64,000 nt of DNA. It comes from Bigelowiella natans CCMP2755 (Eukaryota; Protista; Cercozoa). The notes beneath the pieces are model-generated. The model saw nothing but the letters and a program-made list of their open reading frames with translations, made no database searches and was not told where the DNA came from. The position numbers and the translations under genes were made by a program. Shown here piece after piece: positions 53,054 through 64,000 of this stretch (position 1 is the stretch's first letter; the number at the start of each line of letters is the position of its first letter). The DNA lies in NCBI GenBank assembly GCA_000320545.1, contig ADNK01002143.1:892-64891 (forward strand). Reading direction: 5' to 3'.

Positions 53054-53779
53054 CCTCTGTTGCTTCCAAAATCACGAAAATTGCATGCGTCTTTTGACAC
53101 AGAACTGCTTCATTCGTTCTTTCATTCACCATCGATTCAAGCCACTTTTCTTTCAAACACCTTGGTGGCTTGTTTCTCAGCTCTGGCCAGAGCGCTGCTT
53201 CACTGGTGCACCCTTGCTGGCTTGTTGAGCCCGCTGCTCCAGTCCAGCTAGCCAGCAGTGAAACTGTGCCCCTTTTTTTTCTTGAGAAGCGTCCAACTTG
53301 TCGGTGGTGCTTGTGGCCCACCTTGGTTGGAACGTCGAAGTGAACACAAATCAACCAATCAACAAATTGATCAACTGAGCGAAGCTGCAACACGCTGGCA
53401 CGCCCAGATCGGTCTGGCAGTGGACGTCGGTGACCAGTCTGACGAGCGCATCACTGGACCATTGATTTGCATGGGGTGTGCTCATTCCACTAGCCAGATG
53501 GTGCACACAACGATATACGCAGTCAGCGGTCGTTCTGGCGCAAACAAATCCATTTCATTGTTCTGGTGTCATCACTTGTGCATCATCACATGCTGGCATG
53601 CCACAAATTGTGCACTTTGTCAATGAAAACAGCAGCATGTCCGCGCGCAAATGCATGCATGCACATGCGCATTCATCTGCGATGCGATGCGGAGATGGAT
53701 GGCTGATGGATCAAGTGAATCATGATTCGCATGAGCACATTGAATTCACTTGGATCATCCTTGATCAAATTCAATTTTC
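52655..53779. other. TpA-depleted intergenic island
   Basis: Hand count 5 TA in about 1125 bp (1 TTAT, 2 CTAG, 2 in GATATAC); CpG abundant. Confidence 0.9.
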
Positions 53780-53810
53780 TAGCAACCTGTGTCGACATCT
53801 AAGGCGGCTG

Positions 53811-56175
53811 TTACCCTTTTTCTACGTCATCATCTACTTTTGGCTGTAGCGATGTCACTGCGGAAATACTGCGTTTGATGTAAATGTGCTCTTTTTCACT
53901 TTCTTTTACTTCCATAGCCGCTTGCCACCTTAGTGCTGCGTTTGATTGAAGACTTTCACTTGGGTTCGACCTACAAAAGTCTATCATGGCCTGTTTTTGA
54001 GCTGCCGAAATTGCTCTTCTTCCATTAACATGGCCAACACATCGTTCTTGTTTATCGTCCAATAACCAGCACCCCCACTCATACACACGCTGAAAGCCTC
54101 TACTTCTTATATCTGCAATTTGAGCCTGGCCAAACTTGTCTTCGATGAACCCACCACGAGATACTAGCTTCCTTGCTGGATCGAACACAAAACTACGATA
54201 CCATTCGGTCTTGCAGATATGTGTTGAGTCGAGCCATTGAACCAAAGGTGTCAGTGGCACATCGGCAACAACCAATTGCTGAATCTGCGAAGGAATTTGA
54301 ACCTTATGCTTGCCTTTATTCAACAAGTCTCCCAGTTTCTTCAAATATCCGAGAGTGCTAGTATTTTGCAAAAGAATATAATTGACACTTTTCTCAAAAG
54401 CAAGTGCTTTGATAGCACCTAATAAATTAAACTCTCGCATAAATACACGATCGTGCTGAAGTACCAAGACGAAAGGAGTGGACACCTGTCTTAAACCTTC
54501 TCTCACAGCAAAACCAAATCCATGCCGCGAACTCAGCTGGATGATTTTCGAATTCTCCCAAACTCCCATATTAGCTTTAGAGAGCTGCTCCAAACGATTC
54601 TTATAACCCTCATACGCTTTGGACATATCGTCAGTGACTCTACCTCTTCTGTAATTGTTTGTTTCGGTAACTTTGGCACCATCGCATACAACTATCATTG
54701 GGGCTTTGATGAGAGGCGGCGCATACTGTATGAGAGAAGTCAATGTGACCTCTATCAGAGAGGTAGACGGGCATGAAGGAACTGGGGAAGTAGTGACTAG
54801 AACTGTAATTAAATCCTTTATGTCATCTAACGACTTTGGTGTCCTCATCTCCTGGATAGGGATTTCCTGAGAGGACACGTTCGTACCACTCGATTTCATC
54901 TCTGACTGATCCTTGTTTGCTGCACCTTTCTGCTGCACCTTTTTACCATCAAGACCCATATTAAATATCTGTAGTCTCATTTCTTCATCGAATTGGATCT
55001 TCGGGTTTGACGATGCGTATACTTCCAAGATCTTTTGGATATTGCGTCCAATTTCATTGCTAGTATCAAGCAAGGCACTTACAGAGTTCTTTTCCTTCTC
55101 CGTGAGACTTATATCATCCCAGCAGCGACCAATAAGCTTTAGCTGTAGGGTGGTGGACTCAAAGTACTTGATGTCAAACTTTGAATGTATCGTCGATTCA
55201 AGGTGGCCTGGAGGCATGCGGAACGTACAAGGTTTTCGTGAAAGGAGAAAATTACTTTTTAGTTTTATCAATCTAGGCAGAACTCGATCAAGAGGACGAA
55301 TTTCTGGTTTACCCCGTCTTCTCTCCCAGAAAAGCTTCCCAGGGTCATCATTCAAAATTTTCACCAAGTATTTGAATGCTTCTTGGGATATCTTGTAAGC
55401 GAACATTCCCCACACCACGTCGACCAGCTTCCCGTTCTTGACAGGTTGTGGAGCTATCATTGTATACTTTCCTTTACGATATTCATCAGGCAAAGCCTTG
55501 CTCCTCAATTCAGTAATCCTCTTCTGCTCCTCAAGGCTCTTGCAATCCGCCTTGATATCCTCACAACATACAGTTGATGAGAGATTCGAAAGACCATGAA
55601 GGTGAGCTAGCGTGTCGTGATAAATCATGTAACCAAAGTATACTAAGTCCTCTTTCTGGTATTCCTCTAGAATGTCTCGAATTATTTGAGGAGCATCGTT
55701 GCAGAACCTGATATTGTCTTCAACAATGAGATCATAGCCTTCATCAATTGCAACAGCCATAGCCCTCAGATGGGCAATAGCTGCCCCAAGAACCCTTCCA
55801 TCACTATCTCTCAGCTTCTTCGCGCGCTTTTTAAATTCTGAGGCGTCGATGCCAGCCCGGTCACATGCATCCCCGCCATCTTTATTCCAACCCTTTCCCC
55901 TTCGAATCAGCGACGCTCCGTTGACGCCTCCTACGAATCCAAGCTCAATTTCCTGAAGATGAAACAACCCTAGTCTTCATGTTGGCAGATTCGATTCAAT
56001 GTGGTTTGCACTAGGCTGGCGTAAGTAGATTGTAACGTGAAAATGAGCTGCTCTAGATGGCTACCTCCTTGAAATTGGATTGAATCAACTGTTCCAGAAC
56101 CTCCTTTCTTTCGCCACCCATTGTGACAACGAGGATGCGCAGCTTCCGCTTCCTAGTTTCTTTCTCCTCATGCAT
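53811..56175 (-). CDS. Tandem glycosyltransferase: N-terminal GT25-like domain + C-terminal GT-A-fold domain
   Basis: Exon 1 LRILVVTMGGERKEVL splices to the 718-aa ORF: FVGGVNG..GAAIAHLRAM..LIVEDN (GT25-like), then VLVTTSPVPSCPST..IVVCDG..GFGFAVREGLRQVSTPFVLVLQHD (GT-A with QHD in the DxD position). Confidence 0.7.
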
Positions 56176-56920
56176 TTCGTTCTGCTAAAATAGTTATAGG
56201 AGGAAGTATTGGTCCAAATTTAGTACACGAAATGGTTCTTATTGCAAGCCGAAGGAAATAGAAGAGGAAACCAGGGAGACATTAAGAACCCCCTCGGCGA
56301 GGCTGTATAAAGTCGAACGTACTCGAAGAGAGAGAGAGTGAGTACTCGTCTGTTCTTTTTGTTGTCTATACGGAAGGAAGTTAGGAACTTATGTAGGACG
56401 CTTCGATAGGAAGGTACTAATGATCAGACAGCCATTGCATCGCAGCGGGAGGGAGGGGGTGTGTCCATAGATTATTGCAACACTCCGCAACAACAACAAC
56501 AACAACAACAACAACAAGTCAAGGGCGCGAACAGAATAACTAACTATGAAAATCACTTCGGTGTAACAACATAGCTGGGAAGTCAAGGGCGCGAAAAGAA
56601 TAACTAACTAACTAACAACAACCAGCAGCTGCAGCCTATTTTGTACATATCGCATATGGCATATTTCTGACTACAACTCGAATACTTAAACAACACTCCG
56701 CAACAACTAACTAGCACTAACAAGGATGTTATTCGTAAATACATGTAATAATAACACTACTACCACAGATCATTCCAGCCACACAGACAGCCAGACCACG
56801 TAACAACCACGTGGAGGGAGGGAACGGAGGACACACACACACCACCACCACCACCACCAGTAGCACCAGCAGTTAAACAGGCAGCCGGTGCACTATGATG
56901 ATGATACGAAAGCTTGCAAG

Positions 56921-57769
56921 ATGTCGTCAGCCCTGCCTGGTATTATCTTCGTTTACCTTTTGTACATATTCGTGGTCTGTACCAACTGGGTTGTTTGTGT
57001 AAGAGGGAGGCAGATAACTAACGCAACAAAACTTTCCTTAGAGAAGATCTCTAATGTCCAAGCTACACGTTGCACGGAGAAGATCTTTCATGTCAAAGCC
57101 ATGGTATGTTCCTGACTCGGTTGAAGTGGAAGAGAGTAAAGGCGTGACTCCTATTACACTTTACTCAAATTTGAAGCCATGGCGAACTAGGGTCACGGCA
57201 GCTTTCACGACTGGAAATTTCTTCTTCTTCGCATGGTTTATGGAAGCAACGAACACACCTGGCCATTTCATAGAAGAAATACCGGTTGCGAAATTTTGAG
57301 ACTTGCCACATAGCATGATTTTAAAAGTATTGTGTTTTAGTACTGTGGATTCCTCGGCTTTTTCGGTGTCGCTGGAAGCGCGGTCATGCTTGCCGCAAAT
57401 ATGAGAGCACGGACGAACAACATAGTGATGGTATAATTTTCATAACTGCATTGTATATTCTTGAAAGTTCTCACATATTTCTATGTTTATTGATTTTTCA
57501 TTCTCGTTGGTCAGATAAAATTACACGAGGACCAACAAATTCTAGAATTCTTCTGGCATACTATTCTCGGGGGCACTGTTAGCAAGCTCTGCCCGACGTA
57601 TGCACTTAAGATATCTGCATATACCCCTCAGAATAGGGATTCCGAGATGATTTTCTTTCAAGTTCCTTTCCAGAAAGGTAATTTTGCGATAAGCCGAAGG
57701 GGAGAATTCAAAGATGAAGAAAAATTGATGGAAATATTTGGGAAAGGAATGACCCCATATGATGTTTGA
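56921..57769 (+). CDS. TMEM70/TMEM186/TMEM223-like two-TM mitochondrial membrane protein
   Basis: Exons join to ...ITLYSNLKPWRTRVTAAFTTGNFFFFAWF..EIP|YCGFLGFFGVAGSAVMLAANMRARTNNIVM|IKLHEDQQILEFFWHTILGG...RRGEFKDEEKLMEIFG..*. Arg-rich N-terminus; first exon uncertain. Confidence 0.55.
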
Positions 57770-58704
57770 TTTCGGATTGAAAACATTCGAAACAGCGACA
57801 CAGGAACATAACACACGCAGCAAATATGTGCAGGTCCATTGCATGTATTTGTAATCAGCTTCAAAAAGTGTAAAGCTGAAGAGCACATATACTTGTTACG
57901 TTTGGCTTTAGCATGAGAGACTAATAACAATTGAAGACATGCTCTGTTGGAGACGATGTAACGATGTGATTGAACAAGCTTGTCAGATTCTGCCTATCTA
58001 GCTGTCGATCATTGCATTGTTTTCATGTTGACACATCCTACGCATGCGTACACACATGCGATCTAGCTTATTCACTGAACTTTCACCTGATGTTTCAATG
58101 AGACACGCGCGTGCGCAATGAAATGAAAGGTTTTGCATCTGGTTCCTCAAACACTGACATTGTCCGTGTCTGTGCACACAGCCATGCATGTTTGCATGTG
58201 CCGTCGTTACATCGTCCCCATCATCGCACATTACGGCACGCATTACGCAGCAGGGCCAGAGACACCACATTTTTCTTCTTCTTCGATCGTCTTTCATCTT
58301 TGAAGAAGGAGGACTTACACGACATTGGCGATGCTACAAGCAGGTCGCATCACCAAGGTGTGCTAGCAAGGCAACTGAGCAACACTACGCAATCCATCTA
58401 TGCCACCGCAAAGTTCATCACACAATGCACCGTAGCAAAGTGAAGCATCGCATCGCAATGACATGATGTCACTTGTTGTGGTGCAATCACACAGGCATCG
58501 GCTTGCGCTGCGGCGCCCATGCATTCACATGCGCATGCACGCATGCATGTGTAGTGTTGGGGTGCTGTTTGAAAGGTTTGGTCATGTCAGTACATCTGTC
58601 TCTCAGCGCGTGATGAACGTTGCAGACGATGTAGCTAGCGCTATGCTTGTTCTGGTACACGTGCCCACGCTTCGATACTCACTGACGAGGATGCTTCCTG
58701 TCTG

Positions 58705-59767
58705 TCATTGTGGGCTCATCATGTGCCCCCCGTCGCAGTCTAGCACGAGGCCCGTGACAAAGGTGTTGGTCATCAGAAAAAACACTGCGTGCGCCTGTTC
58801 TTCGGCTAGAGAATTACGCTGCAGGGGCACCCTCGCGGCAGTCTTCGCTTGATGTTGCTTCGCCCAATGATCGAGAGTACCCACAGACCGGGGTTAGCGT
58901 CATTCCAGGACTCAGGCAATTAATTCGGACTTACATTTTCGCCCGTCAAACCCTTGGTCGCAGGCCATAGTCTTCACTGCCGTCTCGATAGCCGCGTTCG
59001 CGATGGCGAGGGCGTCATTTCCCTTGCCGGGGCGACGTGATGAAACGCCAGAGGTCATCACGATGCTCCCACCTTCCTTGATCTTCGTCCCGATCGCAAG
59101 CACAGGTGCAAGCTGAGCATAAAATTTGAAGTTCATTTGGCGACGGACGTCGTCGCACGTTCGATTGTTCTTTATCAAGTCTCCACACTTGGCGCTTCCC
59201 CTGGGAGTAGCAACAAGGTGATCGATGCTGCCTCCAGGCAAATCCGCAAAGAAACTCCATTTTGAGACGGCCGGATGTACAGATCAAGCAAATGATATAA
59301 GGTTATCAATCAGTGTCATGGAATGGAAACTATCGATGTTGATTTTACCTTCTTACTGCTTTCTCATCGAAAGCGTCTGAAGAGGTGGCAAACACCTTGA
59401 CCGAGTTCCCAGCGGCTTCAATTGCGGCCTTGGCCTTGGCGAGTTTCTCTGGGTTCCGTGCGACAATGTGGATTCGTGCTGCACCCTGCTGCGCGGTGCC
59501 AATAGCTACGGCCTTACCGATTCCCGAGCTTCCACCAAAAACTACGAGGCTGGTACCCTCGATTTTCGCCGGGCCACATTTGGCAGGTTGTGCGGTGGTG
59601 AGAGGCCTTTTTCCTGCCTTCGCTTCTGCTATCTGCCTAAAGCTGTGGCTATGACTTGTGTACAAAGATGCGCAGAGCACCGCGGGTCCTAATACCCCCA
59701 AAGCTCTCCTCGCTCGCAAGAAACCTCGGATGTTAAAGCGACGGGTGTAGCGCTTGATTCTGAACAT
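58705..59767 (-). pseudogene. Short-chain dehydrogenase/reductase (atypical, no YxxxK) with two compensating frameshifts: pseudogene or sequence error
   Basis: FGGSSGIGKAVA, GSIDHLV, GSIVMTSG, AIANAAIE. The motif VRINCLSPGMTLTPV (58881-58931) is in a shifted frame, while the C-terminus RVPLQRN..FLMTNTFVTGLVLDCDGG is back in the original frame after in-frame stops. Confidence 0.75.
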
Positions 59768-60111
59768 TGGGGTTACCGGATTCTGAACTGAGAATCTTTC
59801 TCCTGGATGTTGATGATGATTTCGGATTAAGGTGCAAAAACAGTTCAGTCGCACTTGAAAAGTGTCCTGTGTTTGCATCATTGTATGGGTTTGAATAGTT
59901 TGAATCAAATTCTCCTACTGTACGAGTACCGGTACTCGTAGGTTTGCACAAAACCAATTGATAGGATGCCATTTTACATCTACGTCTTCACAAACAATGA
60001 AAAGGAGAAATGTCCTAAATTTATCATCATCCGACATGAGGTTGTCGGTTGTCGTAGTACTGTAATAGGTCCGTGGTAGCAGATCCCTTTACGCACACGA
60101 CAACACGCAAG

Positions 60112-60372
60112 ATGAGTGCGGCGCAAGAGATGGGGGCAGCCCCCTCAACCTCCGAAACTACCACAACAACTACCACCACTACTACTACAAACACAGAAAC
60201 TCCAACACCTGTGGCAGGACCTACTCCCCAGCCATCAGACACTAATGAGACAAAGATTGACGTGACAACAACCACCACCTCATCGGGTTAGCAGCGATTT
60301 ATAGAAAGAAAGAAGCTGCCATTGTTTAGTTTTTCTTGCCAAGAGATTATTCAACATGCCCATGTCATAATC

Positions 60373-60428
<56 letters not shown>

Positions 60429-61500
60429 CATATACAATGTTTAGGTGCAGAAGGTGATGAAAAAAAGGAACAGGGCGAGGGAGGAAGTGGAGAAGGCGTA
60501 AGCGGAAACAACGATTTCATTTTTATTATGAGAATCTCTTGTGAACTCCAGACTTGCGGGAATATCATTGGCAAGGTCAGATAAAGACCCAAAATTCATC
60601 TCTGAGAATACTTTAAAGAAAGAAAGAAACATCTATGCTTTAGTATCATTTCCTTGTATTTTATATTGAGTTGTCCACCATGTTCATTTAGGGAGGGGAT
60701 AAGATTAGAAAGATGACGGAAGAGAGTGGAGCATCCATTAGTTTATCGGACTACATTAAAGGGGCGACGCACCGTATCGCATCCATACGTGGCACCAGAG
60801 CTGCGGGTAAATATATTATATATGTATTATATATATATAATTTGGTGTCAAAACCATCAGTATTTCTTCCTCTTCATCTTCATCATCTTCTCCTTCCTCT
60901 AATCGAGATTGTGTTGCATGTATGTATTCAATCATCATAATTTAGTAATTATGGCAACAAAATCCGTTGGTCGCGCTCTGAACGAACCGAAGCTTGTTGG
61001 CAATGAAGTTCCCACCCTTACTGAGCCCCTGAAGTACCTCGCCGTCGTTCTGGTCGTTCCAAAAGCGCACGGTAGAGAGGACAGCATCCTTTCTTAGAAT
61101 CAAGTTTTTGAATATTTATCCTTTGTACTTAAATATGGCGTTTATTGCTACCAGTTGGCGGCATTATCGGAAAGCAAGGAGCAAAGATTAAGCAAACACG
61201 CATAGATTATTCAGAATGCAAGATTCTCATCTCGGTAAATCGATATAACATTGACCTCCACCGCCCATTACTCTACTACTACTACTATTACTACTGTTTC
61301 ACCACTGCTACTACGGTAAACAGATATTATCTATAACAATGATTTGTTGTTTTAACACAGGACAAGGCCATGATGGGCCCTGATAACACAGTCACGATTT
61401 CTGGACCAACGGAAAAAGTGGAACAGCTTATTGAAATGTACGTCAAGAGGAGGAATGTGCAATTAAGAACATGTATGCCATACTGACGTATATTCACGAA

Positions 61501-61538
<38 letters not shown>

Positions 61539-62308
61539 TTAGGTTTGTGAATCAGATTGCAGATCATGTGTCTCCCGGGGCAGACTACCGACTCCCCCCT
61601 GAATGCGTTACTACTTATTCTCCTCCAACACCATCACCTTACGGAGGAGGAGGGGGAGGAGGAGGCCCTCAGGGAGGAGGTTACAATCCCTACCAGCGAG
61701 GGGCACCTGTCACTGGCCCCTCTTTGTATCTCGGGCCTTCTATCGGTCTAACAGGCCAAATGAAGATTCTAGTCGAGTTTGATGCTAATGATGTCGGCAC
61801 CATTATGGGTCGTAACGGCGATCGATTGAGAAGAATATCTATGGAAACAGGAGCATCGGTAACTTTACCTTCCACGTATGACACGTCTCCTACCCGCGTC
61901 GTAACGGTGGCAGGTCCCCCAAAGGGCGTGGCAGCGGCGTTACACTTCATTGCAGTACATATAGGGTTAACTCGTCCGCACAAGGGCACTGGTCCAATGT
62001 TTCTAACCCTCAAGATGGATCCGGGAGAGCTCGGAAGTGTTATTGGGAAGAGGGGCTCGAGAATAAACGCAATGCGTGATGAATCAGGAGCACGAATAGA
62101 AATCGATCCAAAGGGCGGAATTAGCATTGAAGGCCACTCCCCAAATCTTGCAGCTGGCTTGATGATGGTGCTCATGCAGCTTCATGAGCAGCGAGAGAAG
62201 TTCGGCGTGCCTCAGAACGTAGGTAAGCAAAGCTATCCACAAACCTCTGGAGGAGGAGGGGGGTATCAGCAGTACCAGCCACAATCTGGTCCTTACCAGC
62301 ACATGTAA
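60112..62308 (+). CDS. KH-domain RNA-binding protein (4 type-I KH domains; PCBP/hnRNP K/HEN4-like)
   Basis: GNIIGK|GGDKIRKM, GGIIGKQGAKIKQ, GTIMGRNGDRLRRI and GSVIGKRGSRINAM GxxG loops; Gly/Tyr/Gln-rich linker and tail. Confidence 0.9.
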
Positions 62309-63601
62309 TATTATGTAGAGAACGCTCCTCATGCTATATTTTCATCATCGCTCTCCTGCTGCAGGTTTTTAGTCTACCATCACTGCTGTTGTTGACAGTG
62401 GATTAATAGGTCACAAATTGCTGGTGTCTCGATTTAACACTGCATGGGGTCATTCTGTAATACGCTAGCGCGAGTAAATGCAATGTTCCATTCGATCGCG
62501 CGCGTCGCTACAAGTGCATTGCGATGCTAGCTAGCTAGCTCTAGTGCTCGTGCAAGCGCAGCAAGGGATGTGACGTGCTCCGCACACATGTGCACAACCT
62601 TTCGGACGCTGCCATTACAGCCATGCACACATCGCGCGCGCTTCATTCACTTTTGACGCTTCTATGTTGAAAGTGCTCAAACGTTCTTTTTTGACAGTTT
62701 TCTGACAAAATGTTCATCGTTTACTTTTGTGAACTTTTCACCGTTGTTTTCACATGCGTTCGCAAGTGACAGTGTCACTCGTGTTGTTGCAACCTGGGTG
62801 AGATTGCCAATACACGAGACACGACACAATGCTCGTTGCTGGTTATGAACGATGATGACAGCACTCTGTTTTGTTGAAAGAAAGTTTTGGGTTCGTGATT
62901 GTGAACATTGACCACTTCTAGACTTCAATTGACAACTCTCTCGTGTCCCCGTGACGCAAACGTTCCACCCATTCACCATGGAACGTTTTGATGTGAGATG
63001 CTGTGTCATCTAGCTAGTCTAGTAGTCATTGAGGTTTCCAACGTGCAAACTTGAAACAATCACTTTTTTCTTCACCTGTTATGGTCACAGTGGCTGCGCG
63101 TGTGCTAATTCTAGAATTAAATGTGTCACGCAGCTCAGCAGCACCACACTACAGCTGCTATTGCTAGATTGATGCACAGCTCAGATCGAGCAACATGCAA
63201 TGCTAATTCACCGATATCGATGCACACGTGCAGCTGCTACTACTGTGCATGGCCGCGTGGATGGCACCCAATAGTCGCGCACAGAGTAGCATGCATGCTA
63301 CGTGCACCTGCAACGCCGTGCATGACGTGAGCAGAGCTTCAAACTTCGTTGGTCGTGTCATCATCAATGCTAACAATTTGCATGTTATGTGATCATTATG
63401 TACATCTAATCGCATTCTTCTTCTCTCTCCCGCCGATCGACGGAAAACAAGATAAATGTATCATTTGAGTTTTCTCTCCTTCCGTTCCACCTGCTGTTAT
63501 GTATGACATCTCCTACATCGCCTCTTCTTGATCATTTCCGGCAGTGTACATCAGCAATATGTTTGAAGGCGGCTTAAAACACATACACAATCTATCCCCT
63601 C

Positions 63602-63664
63602 TTAAAGCTCGTCGTGATATGTGAGGGTTGGTGTAAACACGTCTAGATTAGCCAAAATTTCGGC
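63602..63664 (-). CDS. Probable terminal exon of an ER-luminal protein extending beyond the window
   Basis: TTTCCAG acceptor, then PKILANLDVFTPTLTYHDEL*, a C-terminal HDEL retention signal. Confidence 0.45.
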   Translation of the reverse strand, partial: AEILANLDVFTPTLTYHDEL

Positions 63665-63772
63665 CTGGAAACATCAAGGAAACGGAATTACACGAGGAAG
63701 ACAGATTTTTACATGTGCGAAATTATAAAACACAGTTCAATAATACACACCACTCGTGCATATAAACCCGTA

Positions 63773-63852
<80 letters not shown>

Positions 63853-64000
63853 TTGTGACATGGTTTAAACTCTGTCAATCTACATGCATGATCGACATTG
63901 CTTATTTACTTACAGACACACAAACACACACACTTATACATAATCACACACCCACAGAGATAGAGACATAGAGAGAGAGATACAGATACATAGATAGAGA

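Noticed and set aside
53811-54800. Idea that the GT-A domain is a base-J-type DNA glucosyltransferase responsible for the adjacent island
   Set aside because: Only adjacency and fold class support it; I recognise no JGT/TET-JBP-associated features, and islands occur beside unrelated genes.

Overview
Intron-rich eukaryotic nuclear DNA. The bipartite plastid-targeting leader on the pyrophosphatase, the very high intron density and the SSR-filled introns suggest a secondary-plastid alga, probably a chlorarachniophyte such as Bigelowiella (inference, not a database match). Splicing exons by hand gives about 18 genes: an Aha1_N Hsp90 co-chaperone (5' partial), an acidic hypothetical protein, an FBXO9-like F-box protein, a signal-peptide/multi-TM/WW protein, a 6x CCHC zinc-knuckle protein, two head-to-head class I cyclic-nucleotide phosphodiesterases, AP-5 mu subunit, an atypical adenylate kinase, GID8, a CCT-domain protein, plastid soluble pyrophosphatase, a Dispatched/Patched-type RND protein, a tandem glycosyltransferase, a TMEM70/186/223-like protein, a frameshifted SDR, a 4xKH protein, and a terminal exon ending in HDEL. 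The most striking unexplained signal is non-coding. Spacers lying 3' of genes are sharply bounded islands that have almost lost the TpA dinucleotide, apparently converted to TpG/CpA, while CpG is retained and CTAG is preferentially spared. One island holds a fossil ORF whose Tyr codons appear converted to His/Cys. This looks like a targeted, reverse-RIP-like TpA hypermutation, possibly caused by a T or A base modification; the mechanism is inference. All dinucleotide counts are hand counts and exon boundaries are manual.
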